Virus record (IMG/VR): IMGVR_UViG_3300042923_000607
Coordinates: 1 to 64,000 of that record
Direction: 5' to 3' (one strand)
Source of the DNA: a virus
Length of the DNA stretch: 64,000 nucleotides
Position numbers and translations under genes: made by a program. Each line of letters begins with the position of its first letter. The stretch's first letter is position 1. Below, in pieces: positions 1 through 9,577 of the stretch. A model generated the notes under the pieces. The model was not told the origin of the DNA. It saw only the letters and a list, made by a program, of their open reading frames with translations, and searched no databases.

Positions 1-361
1 TTTCACCTTCTGTTAATTCAACCCAATCATTAGCCTCATTGCATTGCCCGTGGCAATCATCTTCATACAAGCAGCCATTACATCCCATATTACTCTCCCT
101 TCTAACCTCACAATCAAATTTAACTTTCATTTACTTATTTAAGTAATATATTCTTTGCTACTTCAAACCCCTTATGCCAACCAATATTTATTCCAATCAT
201 GAACGAAATCCCTATCCCAAAAATCAACAGGATAATTATAAAAATATAGTAAAAATTAGAATTATCTTTGTTCACACCTTACTCCTTTCATTCGTTGTTA
301 TGTTCTATATGTTATGTACTAAAAACCTATGCTATCTGGAACTATTTCTTAGTTCTCTTTA

Positions 362-390
362 ATAATAGCACAGGTTTTATCTTCTGTCAA
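362..390 (-). promoter_or_regulatory. sigmaA-type promoter
   Basis: TTGACA-17nt-TATTAT with extended TG; ACATATAAAACA motif at 392-403 immediately upstream. Confidence 0.75.
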
Positions 391-415
391 TTGTTTTATA
401 TGTTATTTAGTAAAA

Positions 416-667
416 TTATTTCACTACTTTCATTCCTAGAGAAATCGCTTCTTCTAACCACTCTGAATATTCGCTTTTTGATATGCTAGGTCTACCCTCG
501 CTCAAATTCACTACATAATCACGACGTGGCAAGAGATCCCGGTAAATCGTCTGATATTTCAAAGAGCCATCTATTTCAGCCATGGCTACAGCGTCCTCTT
601 CAGAGGCGGCTTCTATTTCCCATATCTGCACGAAATGACCATACTGCTTAGATACATTAAATTTCAT
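416..667 (-). CDS. hypothetical protein
   Basis: 83-aa ORF with GAGGTG RBS, in operon orientation. Confidence 0.75.
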   Translation of the reverse strand: MKFNVSKQYGHFVQIWEIEAASEEDAVAMAEIDGSLKYQTIYRDLLPRRDYVVNLSEGRPSISKSEYSEWLEEAISLGMKVVK

Positions 668-681
668 TTAATCACACCACC

Positions 682-1212
682 TCATTTTAATAAATATCGT
701 ATGTAATACTGCATTACTCCTAGAATATAAATAGGGGAATAGGATTTATCCTTAATAAACATAATTTGCAAATCATATTTAATATTAAAACTGTGGAGAG
801 AGGCGAGAAAGCTTTTCTTGTTATAATCTGTATTATAGTTTCCTTTTACCAAATCTTCGTAAGTTGCGTTTTCAATAAGTAAATGTTTCCTTTTAGCATA
901 TGACGTTGCAAATTCATCATTAAATCTTACCCTTGTTTGAGTAAAACATCCCGATAATTCCTCAAGGGAATTTTTCCTTTCCAGTATTACGTCATTATAA
1001 AATATCATATCATTATAAATGCCCAAATCAGGATTTTTTGGAAGTTTTGCGCTATAGTCTCCACACGGCAATGCAATTTTTTCATATGGAACTTTATGCT
1101 TATCGTAATATTGCGTCACATGGTCTTGCTTTTCTCTGGTATCTACTAAAATGACAATTGATTTAATGAGTTCATTCATTTCTGAATCAGTGTACTTTAT
1201 TCTATTTAGCAT
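682..1212 (-). CDS. ERCC4/XPF-domain nuclease (putative junction resolvase)
   Basis: VDTREK, GDYS and ERKxSLxEL motifs. Confidence 0.85.
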   Translation of the reverse strand: MLNRIKYTDSEMNELIKSIVILVDTREKQDHVTQYYDKHKVPYEKIALPCGDYSAKLPKNPDLGIYNDMIFYNDVILERKNSLEELSGCFTQTRVRFNDEFATSYAKRKHLLIENATYEDLVKGNYNTDYNKKSFLASLHSFNIKYDLQIMFIKDKSYSPIYILGVMQYYIRYLLK

Positions 1213-3561
1213 TTACTGTACCTCTTCCCATTTTTTTAATATCCACCCATTTTGATTTAATATTTTTTCAAAATCTAATAATTTTATCACTGAATACTCA
1301 TTAAGGGAAAGGGTTTCTCCTGGATTGACATAAATATAAAACCGATCTTTTTTACCATTTTTAATGCTTCTTAGTATAACGCTATATTTTCCCATAAAAA
1401 ATTCTATACTTTCAACATTGGTTATCAGGGAATCTATCGAATTATCTTCAAAGCACACATATCCCAAATTGTCCATTTGTAATTTTATTATCTCTGATAT
1501 TGATAAATCAGAAGGTTGTTGATTATTAATTATATAATCATAAAGAGCAGTTCCATTTAATTTTGTAATAGATTTTACTGATTCTTTTCCAAATAATGCG
1601 GCCGTTTCAATTCGTACACCATGCTTCACAAGTCTTTCTTTTGTAATAGAAGTTTTTTCATATAAAAGTTTATATAAATCTAATTGTTGTAATAAGTTTT
1701 TTATTGTACCAAACTTACTAAAATAGCCAACCAAAATTAAGTTTTTAAAATCTTTAGTTTTTGACAAAGAGTTATTCAAAACAGATTCAATTATTTGATG
1801 AAAAGATGTATATGAGTCATCAATTAATTCGTATACATCAAGTTTAGTATCTTCTTCTGTCACTTCAATAAAATCGCCATATCGTTTGTTTGCTAACTCT
1901 ATATACCAATTTTTATCAAGTTTATCAATTATTTTTTTATCAATAACTGCATCATTATAAATGAATGCAATATCTGGAGTGTTACCAACTTTATCGGCTT
2001 TCCCATTTCTAAACTTATATATTCCACCATCAGTGGGGTCTTTAGAAGCAAACAGTCTTAATACCCTTTCAGATAATACAGTTTCCCCATGCATTCCATA
2101 TTCATAATCTTTTCCGATTTTTATTACTTTTTGAAAAGCTATTAAATCCTCACATTCCATTATAGTTTTTTCTAGTGGTATATTTTTAACTAGTTTATTG
2201 ACAAGTGCTTTATTAACTATTGGCAAATCATAATCTAAATCATTTAGTTTTTTAACATACGCACCTTTTGATTTATAATGTCCATCTTCAGCCATAATAA
2301 CATAGTTATTAACATCTTTTTGAAACACTGTAACGTAGGTGTCATGTTCTAAATCCAATCTAGTTCTTTTACTCCACTCATCACAAACTGTTACGTATTC
2401 ATCATAATAACTTGAATTAGGAAGTTTGACTAATATTCCATCTGTATTAGACTGTATTAATTCGCATTGCGATCCAAAATGCATTTCAATTTTTTCAATT
2501 AAATCTAATAATAATAGTTGTCCAGTTACACAAACATTGTTAGCCATCAAGGGATCAAACAATTGGTTATATTTATCTTTCATTGCACCATATGTGGAAT
2601 TTAAAACAATTTTATAAGGAAGCTGCATTGGATTTTTTGCTTTTTTGAGCTCGAGTCTTTTATCTCTTATACGTCTATAACTTTGCATATCCGGCACATT
2701 TCTGGATAAATAGTCATACTCTATCATAATTGAAGGATAAAGCGATGCTACATCTGACATTATATAAAATCCATTTCCGCTATAGTTTGATATTGCTCCA
2801 TGTATTCCTCCCCATGCAAAAATATGAGGAACATTATATACTTTTGTTTTTAGAGACATATTATAGTTTAAATTTATTTTACATTTATACCAATCAACTA
2901 TGTATTTATATTTTTTAGAAATCGCCAGTGTTTCAGGAAAAGTGATATTGAAATCATCAAATCTATCTTTTTCGTTTTTTGCGCCTAATATAATTGCTGA
3001 AAGTTGAGCTTTTGTTTTATTCATATAGTTTTTTGGTAAATTAAAAGCTTCAACCAATGAGGTTTGACTTTCTAATTCTTCTGGCTGTCTTTTGAAAACT
3101 TCTATCGTTTGTTCAACGTCATGAATACAATACTTTTTAGTAAGTTCCAACTCTGATTCAGTTAGTTTTCTTTTAATATTAAAGTCTACGCTTGTTTCTC
3201 TTATATCATTTCCCATAAATGCTTCTAACTGCTTTAATGATTTTGTTTTATCAATCATACAATCATAAATAAGAAGTTCAATGTCTTTAAATTTCTTTGA
3301 ATACTGACCACCCTTATTCCCATCAATTATAATAAAATCATTAACTTTTTTAGGATCAATTCCGCATAATATAGCCTTGAAAATAAACTGATCATAGCTC
3401 CTAGCATTATATCCAATAAATACCTGATTTTTATTATTCTCATAAAAACTAACAAGCTCATCTGTATTATTGATTATTATTTTTCGTTTATTACCATCAT
3501 TTGTATCTATAAATACAAACATCCAATCTTTATAAAATACTTCGCAGTCAAAGCACCACAT
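1213..3561 (-). CDS. Family B DNA polymerase with 3'-5' exonuclease and a C-terminal extension
   Basis: Exo I DCEV, Exo II YNARSYD, Exo III YCIHDV; polymerase motifs DVASLYPS, KIVLNSTYG, SNTDG. Confidence 0.92.
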   Translation of the reverse strand: MWCFDCEVFYKDWMFVFIDTNDGNKRKIIINNTDELVSFYENNKNQVFIGYNARSYDQFIFKAILCGIDPKKVNDFIIIDGNKGGQYSKKFKDIELLIYDCMIDKTKSLKQLEAFMGNDIRETSVDFNIKRKLTESELELTKKYCIHDVEQTIEVFKRQPEELESQTSLVEAFNLPKNYMNKTKAQLSAIILGAKNEKDRFDDFNITFPETLAISKKYKYIVDWYKCKINLNYNMSLKTKVYNVPHIFAWGGIHGAISNYSGNGFYIMSDVASLYPSIMIEYDYLSRNVPDMQSYRRIRDKRLELKKAKNPMQLPYKIVLNSTYGAMKDKYNQLFDPLMANNVCVTGQLLLLDLIEKIEMHFGSQCELIQSNTDGILVKLPNSSYYDEYVTVCDEWSKRTRLDLEHDTYVTVFQKDVNNYVIMAEDGHYKSKGAYVKKLNDLDYDLPIVNKALVNKLVKNIPLEKTIMECEDLIAFQKVIKIGKDYEYGMHGETVLSERVLRLFASKDPTDGGIYKFRNGKADKVGNTPDIAFIYNDAVIDKKIIDKLDKNWYIELANKRYGDFIEVTEEDTKLDVYELIDDSYTSFHQIIESVLNNSLSKTKDFKNLILVGYFSKFGTIKNLLQQLDLYKLLYEKTSITKERLVKHGVRIETAALFGKESVKSITKLNGTALYDYIINNQQPSDLSISEIIKLQMDNLGYVCFEDNSIDSLITNVESIEFFMGKYSVILRSIKNGKKDRFYIYVNPGETLSLNEYSVIKLLDFEKILNQNGWILKKWEEVQ

Positions 3562-3575
3562 GTCATCATCTCCTT

Positions 3576-5468
3576 TTATTCAAATGGTAGTTCTTTAGTA
3601 TTTGGATAGTGTATTTTATTTTCGTATGTTGCTTTATCCCAAGCGTATTTTCTGTCAAACTCTGTTTCATTGGTATAGAATCGTCTTGACTTATTATCAT
3701 AAAACATTCCAACTTCTAAGCCTTCTCTTCCTCGTAATCTGTCTTTTAAAACATCTAAGATAACATCAAATTTTACTGGGTTTTTTATATCTTCTTTTTC
3801 CTTTTTCTGAACTCTATACAAGCTGAAAAGTCTATGTGCTAAGTCAACCGAAGTGCCCATTCCTTGAACATCAAATTTAGTTAATCTTCTCATTGTATCA
3901 ATCTTTTTCGGATGAATTACCAAAAACACTACAACGTGGTATTTTCTTGCAAAAGATATCAACCAATTTATTAAATCTACTTGTTTTTGCCATTTTGAAT
4001 CATCCGTACAAGATAGATTTAGACTTGACATATTATCTAAAATGAATAATTTACACCCAAACTTTCTAACACAGTCTTCCATTGATTTTTTTATATCTTC
4101 TATATCATTTGTACATTCATCTTTATACAGATAGAAATGTTTTTTATAAAATTCGCTTATACTTTTTTTTGCTTCTTTTTTTACGGTATAATATGTACTA
4201 CCAAAAGCATTACTATGTTCATCAACATTTCTCGATCCAGCAAATATTGAGTCTATCCAATTTTTAGTAAGATAATTTGGCATTTCTCCAGAATACATCC
4301 ACACATCTTTACCTTGATCTATGGAATTGCAAGTTAGTTGTCCTAAAAAACTAGATTTTCCTCCCCCATTAACACCTGTTAAAATATTAAATGTTCCATA
4401 AAAAAGTCTCATTAATTCCCTATCAAGTGTTTCAATTCCAGTTGTAATTCCATCAATTGTTGAAATATCAATATCATCAACATCTGAAAAATCAATTACA
4501 GAATCTACGGGTGTATCTTTTGCATTTAAAATCATATTCATAACAAAACTCTTACCAAAAGCTTGTAGAGTATCGTTCATATCTTTAATTGGGATTCTTG
4601 TTCCCTTATCTGTAATTTTTTCTTTTGGATATTCTATATATTTTGTTCTCCAAGATCCCAATCTATAAATACATTCTTTACGCATTTTAGTACCAGCGTC
4701 ATCATTGTCAGAGGCTATGATTATATTATCAAATTGTTCTAACCACTCCCAATTTTCCTCTATCCAATGAAAATCATGTGCACCAAATGGAATTGATACG
4801 GTATTAAAATAGCCCGATTCTATAGCGGAGGCAGCATCTCCTTCCCCTTCTATAATCAACAACGGATAGTTTGGATTCACCCTATTCATATTGAATAATA
4901 AATGTATTTTATCGGAATCTCCCTGCTTCCAGTTTTTTGCTTCTCCTTTATCTAAACTTCTAGAAGGTCTGTATTTAATCATGGTTAACACATCATTAGC
5001 ATCATAATATCGAAATACGGTGTTTGAATAAGTGTCACTTCCAAAATTAAGATAATCCAATGTGTCCTTTGATAATCCCCTTTTCGCCCAGTACTCATAT
5101 ACTTTAGCCATGTCTCCGCTTTCATCTTTCGGATATCTAAATTGCGTTTTAGTCTTTACATCCTTCTCTCCAAAAGAATAACTTATTTCTGCGTACTCAA
5201 ACAGTTTTTGAATAGCTGATAAAAATGTGTTGCCTTTCTGAAGTAAAACATCTATTAAATCAATATTTTGACCACATCCAAAACAATGAAAGCAGTAATG
5301 TTTTTTATCATAAATAAAACTCGGTGTTTTTTCTCCATGAAAAGGACATAAAGCTTTTAAATTCTTTTCGTCAAATCCTTCTAGGTTTAATAATTCTGCT
5401 ATCAGTGTTGCATTTTTATCACCCAACTTTTCTTTAGCCTGTTCAATCAGTTCTTTGTCTATTATCAA
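3576..5468 (-). CDS. Bifunctional primase-helicase (CHC2 Zn finger, TOPRIM, SF4 helicase)
   Basis: CPFHxEKTPSF...CFGC, IIEGEGD, DNDDAG, Walker A GVNGGGKS, ILDN, VIHPKK; TTG start at 5468 chosen from the upstream GAAGGAG RBS. Confidence 0.92.
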   Translation of the reverse strand: MIIDKELIEQAKEKLGDKNATLIAELLNLEGFDEKNLKALCPFHGEKTPSFIYDKKHYCFHCFGCGQNIDLIDVLLQKGNTFLSAIQKLFEYAEISYSFGEKDVKTKTQFRYPKDESGDMAKVYEYWAKRGLSKDTLDYLNFGSDTYSNTVFRYYDANDVLTMIKYRPSRSLDKGEAKNWKQGDSDKIHLLFNMNRVNPNYPLLIIEGEGDAASAIESGYFNTVSIPFGAHDFHWIEENWEWLEQFDNIIIASDNDDAGTKMRKECIYRLGSWRTKYIEYPKEKITDKGTRIPIKDMNDTLQAFGKSFVMNMILNAKDTPVDSVIDFSDVDDIDISTIDGITTGIETLDRELMRLFYGTFNILTGVNGGGKSSFLGQLTCNSIDQGKDVWMYSGEMPNYLTKNWIDSIFAGSRNVDEHSNAFGSTYYTVKKEAKKSISEFYKKHFYLYKDECTNDIEDIKKSMEDCVRKFGCKLFILDNMSSLNLSCTDDSKWQKQVDLINWLISFARKYHVVVFLVIHPKKIDTMRRLTKFDVQGMGTSVDLAHRLFSLYRVQKKEKEDIKNPVKFDVILDVLKDRLRGREGLEVGMFYDNKSRRFYTNETEFDRKYAWDKATYENKIHYPNTKELPFE

Positions 5469-5832
5469 ACTTATCTTCTCCTTCATTCCACAACTTGAAT
5501 ATGAGTTTATTTTTTGGTAAATAGTGAAGTGCATATGGTGAATTAATCTTTACTTTTTTCTTAACAATGTAATTCAATGCGAACAGCATATAGTCTGGAT
5601 TAATTTTCTTAGTAAACACTATATTATTTAAAACACTCGTCAACTGAACAAATTCGGCGTTTTCATCTATTTTTTCATAATATAAATCTTTCATCTGTTC
5701 TATTTTTCTATGTATTGCCGCACAGTCCGCATGATATCTTCTCGTTCCAACTGTTACAGCTTCTTCTTGTTTCACCTTTTCACCTTTATGTAAACAATGC
5801 CTATATCCACAAACATAAGTCTTTTCACTCAT
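5443..5832 (-). CDS. hypothetical replication-module protein with N-terminal Cys/His zinc finger
   Basis: CGYRHC...YHADC; sits between exonuclease and primase. Confidence 0.7.
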   Translation of the reverse strand: MSEKTYVCGYRHCLHKGEKVKQEEAVTVGTRRYHADCAAIHRKIEQMKDLYYEKIDENAEFVQLTSVLNNIVFTKKINPDYMLFALNYIVKKKVKINSPYALHYLPKNKLIFKLWNEGEDKFDNRQRTD

Positions 5833-5834
5833 TT

Positions 5835-6641
5835 TTACTCCTCATCATTGTTAAATTGTCGGTACTCGCAATTGTCACACACATCGCATAACATATAGCA
5901 ATTTACATAATTAACAAACGGATTAAAAGATTTGTCCTTATATATTTTTTTTATATTATCCAAAGCCCAGTTTTTAGCGTCTTCCAATTCTGCTTCATTA
6001 AATTCTATTCTGTGTCTTGTTTTATTTCTTGGGTAGTTCCATTCCAGGTATTTTGGATAAACCCCATATTTATCATAAATCGCTATACTGTAGAGATATA
6101 ATTGCCTCTTGTGATCTCGATATTCTTCTTCTTTGTTTTTTAAAACTCCCCCGCGTTTTCCTATCGGGGATTCTCCGCTTTTATGATCCCTTAAAACTAT
6201 AGCCATGTCTTTAGTGTTCTTATCTCTCAACAACACATCTATGTATCCGATAAAATTAAACTTACCTATAGTAAATTTAACTTCACCTTCAACCATTAGT
6301 ATTTCAAAGTCCTCGTCTTCCCATTCTAATGTGCTGAAGTAATCTACTCCTGCCATAAACAACTTCTCTTTTGTAGATTCTTTTATGTACGAAGTTACTT
6401 CAAAATCAAAATTTTCTATGTAATAATCAAGGCACTCTTGTTCGTTAAATTCGCGTTTGAAGTATTTTTCAAGAATGCTGTGAATAAATTTTCCGTACTC
6501 TGCATGAAATTTTCTTTCTTTTTTCACTTGCTCTATGTATATTAAGTAAAATTTATATGGACATCGAGTATAGGTTGATAACCTACTAAAACTCCACATC
6601 ATAGCATCTAATTCTTTTTTGTATTTACTCGCCATTGACAC
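5835..6641 (-). CDS. PD-(D/E)XK Cas4/RecB-like exonuclease
   Basis: WSFSRLxxYxxCP, GYIDV, DHKSG, QLYLY, C-terminal CxxxCxxCxxC cluster. Confidence 0.85.
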   Translation of the reverse strand: MSMASKYKKELDAMMWSFSRLSTYTRCPYKFYLIYIEQVKKERKFHAEYGKFIHSILEKYFKREFNEQECLDYYIENFDFEVTSYIKESTKEKLFMAGVDYFSTLEWEDEDFEILMVEGEVKFTIGKFNFIGYIDVLLRDKNTKDMAIVLRDHKSGESPIGKRGGVLKNKEEEYRDHKRQLYLYSIAIYDKYGVYPKYLEWNYPRNKTRHRIEFNEAELEDAKNWALDNIKKIYKDKSFNPFVNYVNCYMLCDVCDNCEYRQFNNDEE

Positions 6642-6651
6642 CTACTTTCTT

Positions 6652-6682
6652 AGCTCCCCACACTCATAGTAATGCAGGGAGC
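6652..6682 (-). terminator. Hairpin downstream of ssb
   Basis: GCTCCC...GGGAGC inverted repeat; no clear U-tract. Confidence 0.3.
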
Positions 6683-6705
6683 CAAACTTTATTTGAACTG
6701 TAATT

Positions 6706-7143
6706 TTAGGAGAATGGCAGCTCTTCATCCAGTCCGTCGGGGATATTCATAAATCCGTCGCCTACGGCTTGACTAGGTGCTGGTCTGTTACTAGATGATT
6801 TGCCCGTATTATTTGTATTTGTATTCGACTCTGACTTAGACGATGCAAAGAATTGATTTTCCACTACGACTTCAGTTGTATAAACTTTCTGCCCCTCTTT
6901 GTTTGTGTAATTTCCAGTTTGAATTCTACCAGTAACAGCCACTTGCTGCCCCTGTTTAAAATATTTCTCCGCAAACTCTCCTGATTTACCAAATGCAATT
7001 ATATTAATAAAATCAGCCTCTTCTTTTTTACCAATCCTATTAACTGCAAGAGTATATCTTGCAATAGCCACGGGGTTCTCTCCCTGTGAATATCTAACTT
7101 CAGGATTTCTTGTTAATCTTCCCATAATATTTACTGAATTCAT
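6706..7143 (-). CDS. ssb: Single-stranded DNA-binding protein
   Basis: MNSVNIMGRLTRNPEVRY N-terminus and acidic DEELPF tail (Clostridia-like). Confidence 0.97.
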   Translation of the reverse strand: MNSVNIMGRLTRNPEVRYSQGENPVAIARYTLAVNRIGKKEEADFINIIAFGKSGEFAEKYFKQGQQVAVTGRIQTGNYTNKEGQKVYTTEVVVENQFFASSKSESNTNTNNTGKSSSNRPAPSQAVGDGFMNIPDGLDEELPFS

Positions 7144-7171
7144 ATTTAATCTCCTATTATTGTTTTATATT

Positions 7172-7819
7172 TTATTTTCTAAGTGATAATATTTTAGTTT
7201 TTAGCATCTTTAACTCTTCTGAGTCCTCGCACAACCTATAGTCTCCATTATATAATTCTGGTAAGTTATCGATACAAGTTTTCTGCAATAGTTTTTTAAC
7301 CTCTTCAGTACCCCCTAGGGTTACAATTTTCTTTGAGATTAATTCTTTAAGTTCATCTTGTAACTTCTCGACTAGTTTTACTTCCTGTGGCAGATCCTCT
7401 CCCTCATATATATAAATACCTATACCAAACGACGCACAGCATTTAGTTAAGCATCTAGCTATAGATTTTTGCACATCCGTCGAGGTTATCTTTGTCAGTG
7501 AGATACTTTGGTTTTTAAAATCCATAACTGCCAATTCTTGCGGTTGAGACAGTCCGTTTGCTGTTATTTCCACCTCTACCCAACATGTTCTTCCGTCTGT
7601 ATGATATGGAGTAAACTCTGGAACATAATAGGTTTCTTCCCCATAAGTAAACTGTAGATCTTTTTCGTTTTTTATGACTCTATATATAGCATCCGGATAT
7701 ATAGTTTTCATAAAGTTCCAAGCTGAAGCCCAGCTTAAATATTTAAGTTTATTCTTTTCTTTAACTTTATCATTTACGTTCAAATCTCTTGCTTGAATAA
7801 ATAAATTAGTTTCTGCCAT
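7172..7819 (-). CDS. Sak3/DUF1071-like single-strand annealing recombinase
   Basis: KNKLKYLSWASAW...VMDFKN...RCLTKCCASFGIGIYIYEGEDLP; next to ssb and exonuclease. Confidence 0.85.
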   Translation of the reverse strand: MAETNLFIQARDLNVNDKVKEKNKLKYLSWASAWNFMKTIYPDAIYRVIKNEKDLQFTYGEETYYVPEFTPYHTDGRTCWVEVEITANGLSQPQELAVMDFKNQSISLTKITSTDVQKSIARCLTKCCASFGIGIYIYEGEDLPQEVKLVEKLQDELKELISKKIVTLGGTEEVKKLLQKTCIDNLPELYNGDYRLCEDSEELKMLKTKILSLRK

Positions 7820-7852
7820 AAAACTCCTTTCACGATAAAAAGCCGATTTGGT

Positions 7853-8173
7853 TTAGTCTTCTAAAAAAGAAAATATACTACGGAAATTTGAAGGATGCCA
7901 AAGATCTCTAGCGGCAAACAACTCTCCGTTTAAATTATAGACAGATACAGATTTACCGGTTGCTAAATTAAACTCCTTAATCATCGTGTTCAGATTTATT
8001 ATTTCTTTTTTAATCTCTTCAAATGCCTTAATCTCTTCTTTTTCTTTGGCTCTTTTTTCTTCTTCTTTAGTTTTTAATCCTTCTTCATAGGCTATTACTT
8101 CTTTTTCTAATTTGTAATAATCTTCGCCTGCAAATGTTTTTCCGTCGTTTGCTGTTACTGTAATAATTTTCAT
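7853..8173 (-). CDS. hypothetical protein
   Basis: ORF; ATG at 8173 has an AAGGAG RBS. Confidence 0.7.
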   Translation of the reverse strand: MKIITVTANDGKTFAGEDYYKLEKEVIAYEEGLKTKEEEKRAKEKEEIKAFEEIKKEIINLNTMIKEFNLATGKSVSVYNLNGELFAARDLWHPSNFRSIFSFLED

Positions 8174-8196
8174 ATATGTACTCTCCTTTAAATAAT

Positions 8197-8355
8197 TTAG
8201 AAATTCCAACCTCTAACGTCTTTTTTGCGATTAATTGTTAGTCCAATATCAGATCTGTAAAGATAAACTCTTTCGTCATCCTGGCGTTTGAATTCATAAA
8301 GATAAACATCTTGAACGCCTTTTCTCTCTAACCACTCATACTGTTCACGACTCAT
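8197..8355 (-). CDS. small hypothetical protein (52 aa, not in ORF track)
   Basis: MSREQYEWLERKGVQDVYLYEFKRQ...GWNF with GAAAGGTGG RBS. Confidence 0.6.
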   Translation of the reverse strand: MSREQYEWLERKGVQDVYLYEFKRQDDERVYLYRSDIGLTINRKKDVRGWNF

Positions 8356-8392
8356 AATAATCACCACCTTTCATTGATGTTTTATATGTTAT

Positions 8393-8662
8393 TTATTCTT
8401 CGTTAACTCTGGATGCGATAATCTCAAGTGTATCAGGTAAAATTTTATCTGATGTCCAAATCTCTTTATGGGCTTCATTATTTGGGGTAATAAGAAAGCT
8501 AAACGACTTCTTTTTGCTGCTAATCTTATCAAGGAAACCCTCTTTAACCTCTCCAGTGTCTACCGTAAATTTGATTAACATTCCTTCGTCAATTCTCAAC
8601 TCTCTTTCTTCGCTTAAAATAACATTGATACTCTTGTATGCTTTTCCTTTTGAAATAATCAT
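8393..8662 (-). CDS. hypothetical protein
   Basis: ORF with AAAGGAG RBS. Confidence 0.7.
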   Translation of the reverse strand: MIISKGKAYKSINVILSEERELRIDEGMLIKFTVDTGEVKEGFLDKISSKKKSFSFLITPNNEAHKEIWTSDKILPDTLEIIASRVNEE

Positions 8663-8677
8663 GATGTGTAATCTCCT

Positions 8678-8875
8678 TTATTTTTTATTAATATTATCAA
8701 TCCAACAATTACAAATTTCCAAAATAGATTCTTTTGTTATATCGGCATTTTGTAACTCAACGAATTTCTTTAGTGTCTCAAGTATTGAAATAGCTCCTTT
8801 GTTGTACATGTCAGCGGCAATTTCAACCATTTCATTCTTAAACTCTTCTTTATCTATTAGTGCCACCTCCTTCAA
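8678..8875 (-). CDS. hypothetical protein
   Basis: ORF; true start probably a few codons in, after AAGGAGGT. Confidence 0.6.
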   Translation of the reverse strand: MKEVALIDKEEFKNEMVEIAADMYNKGAISILETLKKFVELQNADITKESILEICNCWIDNINKK

Positions 8876-8903
8876 ATTGTGAATAAAAGCCTTGTTTTAT
8901 CTA

Positions 8904-9089
8904 TTATTTGATCGCTAAGTTTTTAATTATATCTTTTTTAGTATCTTCATCTGTCATATCCCATACGTCTACTAAATTATTAAGTACATCTTTAAATTTT
9001 CTGAAGCTATCGTCATCTTCTCTAGTCTCTACGCCAAGTTCATTTAAAAAAGTTTCAACTTCTAAAAGATTAAATGTTATTCTATTCAT
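8904..9089 (-). CDS. hypothetical protein
   Basis: ORF with GAGGTG RBS. Confidence 0.65.
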   Translation of the reverse strand: MNRITFNLLEVETFLNELGVETREDDDSFRKFKDVLNNLVDVWDMTDEDTKKDIIKNLAIK

Positions 9090-9148
9090 AAGTTCACCTC
9101 ACTTTCATTATCATTCGTCGATTTCATATACTGTTTTATATGTCACTT

Positions 9149-9529
9149 TTATACTGTAGAGATAATAATTAACCACGTAATAATAATTTGAGATATATGT
9201 ATTAATTGATCTTCAATTAAGTTTATCTTATGCTGATTAGCTTTCATATTGTCAACGATCATATGTATTACCAAATTTAAAACATATAGTAGCGGAAACC
9301 ACGTACGACCATGTAACAATAAATAAACTGTAGTTGGCATCATAACCATAAATGACCAGCTGAAACTATGCATAAATAACGCTATTATATAGTCATGTTT
9401 GTAAAGCTTATCCGGTGCATTTTTCTCCCACCAGCTCTTTTGTTTTGCTGAAGCTAACCAACCTTGTAAATAATAATCATCAACAATATGTAAAAACATC
9501 ATTGTAAATAATACTAGTAGTTTATCCAC
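9149..9529 (-). CDS. DUF3307-like membrane protein
   Basis: LHIVDDYYLQG...HS...HMIVD..K...DQLIH pattern with hydrophobic segments; GTG start after AAAGGAG. Confidence 0.75.
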   Translation of the reverse strand: MDKLLVLFTMMFLHIVDDYYLQGWLASAKQKSWWEKNAPDKLYKHDYIIALFMHSFSWSFMVMMPTTVYLLLHGRTWFPLLYVLNLVIHMIVDNMKANQHKINLIEDQLIHISQIIITWLIIISTV

Positions 9530-9577
9530 ATTACTTCTCCTTTCTAATTGTGCGTCAAACGGCAATTTTATTTTGAA

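Noticed and set aside
5835-6641. Cas4-like nuclease as sign of a CRISPR-Cas system
   Set aside because: No repeat-spacer array or other cas genes; it sits in an exonuclease-SSB-annealase recombination module
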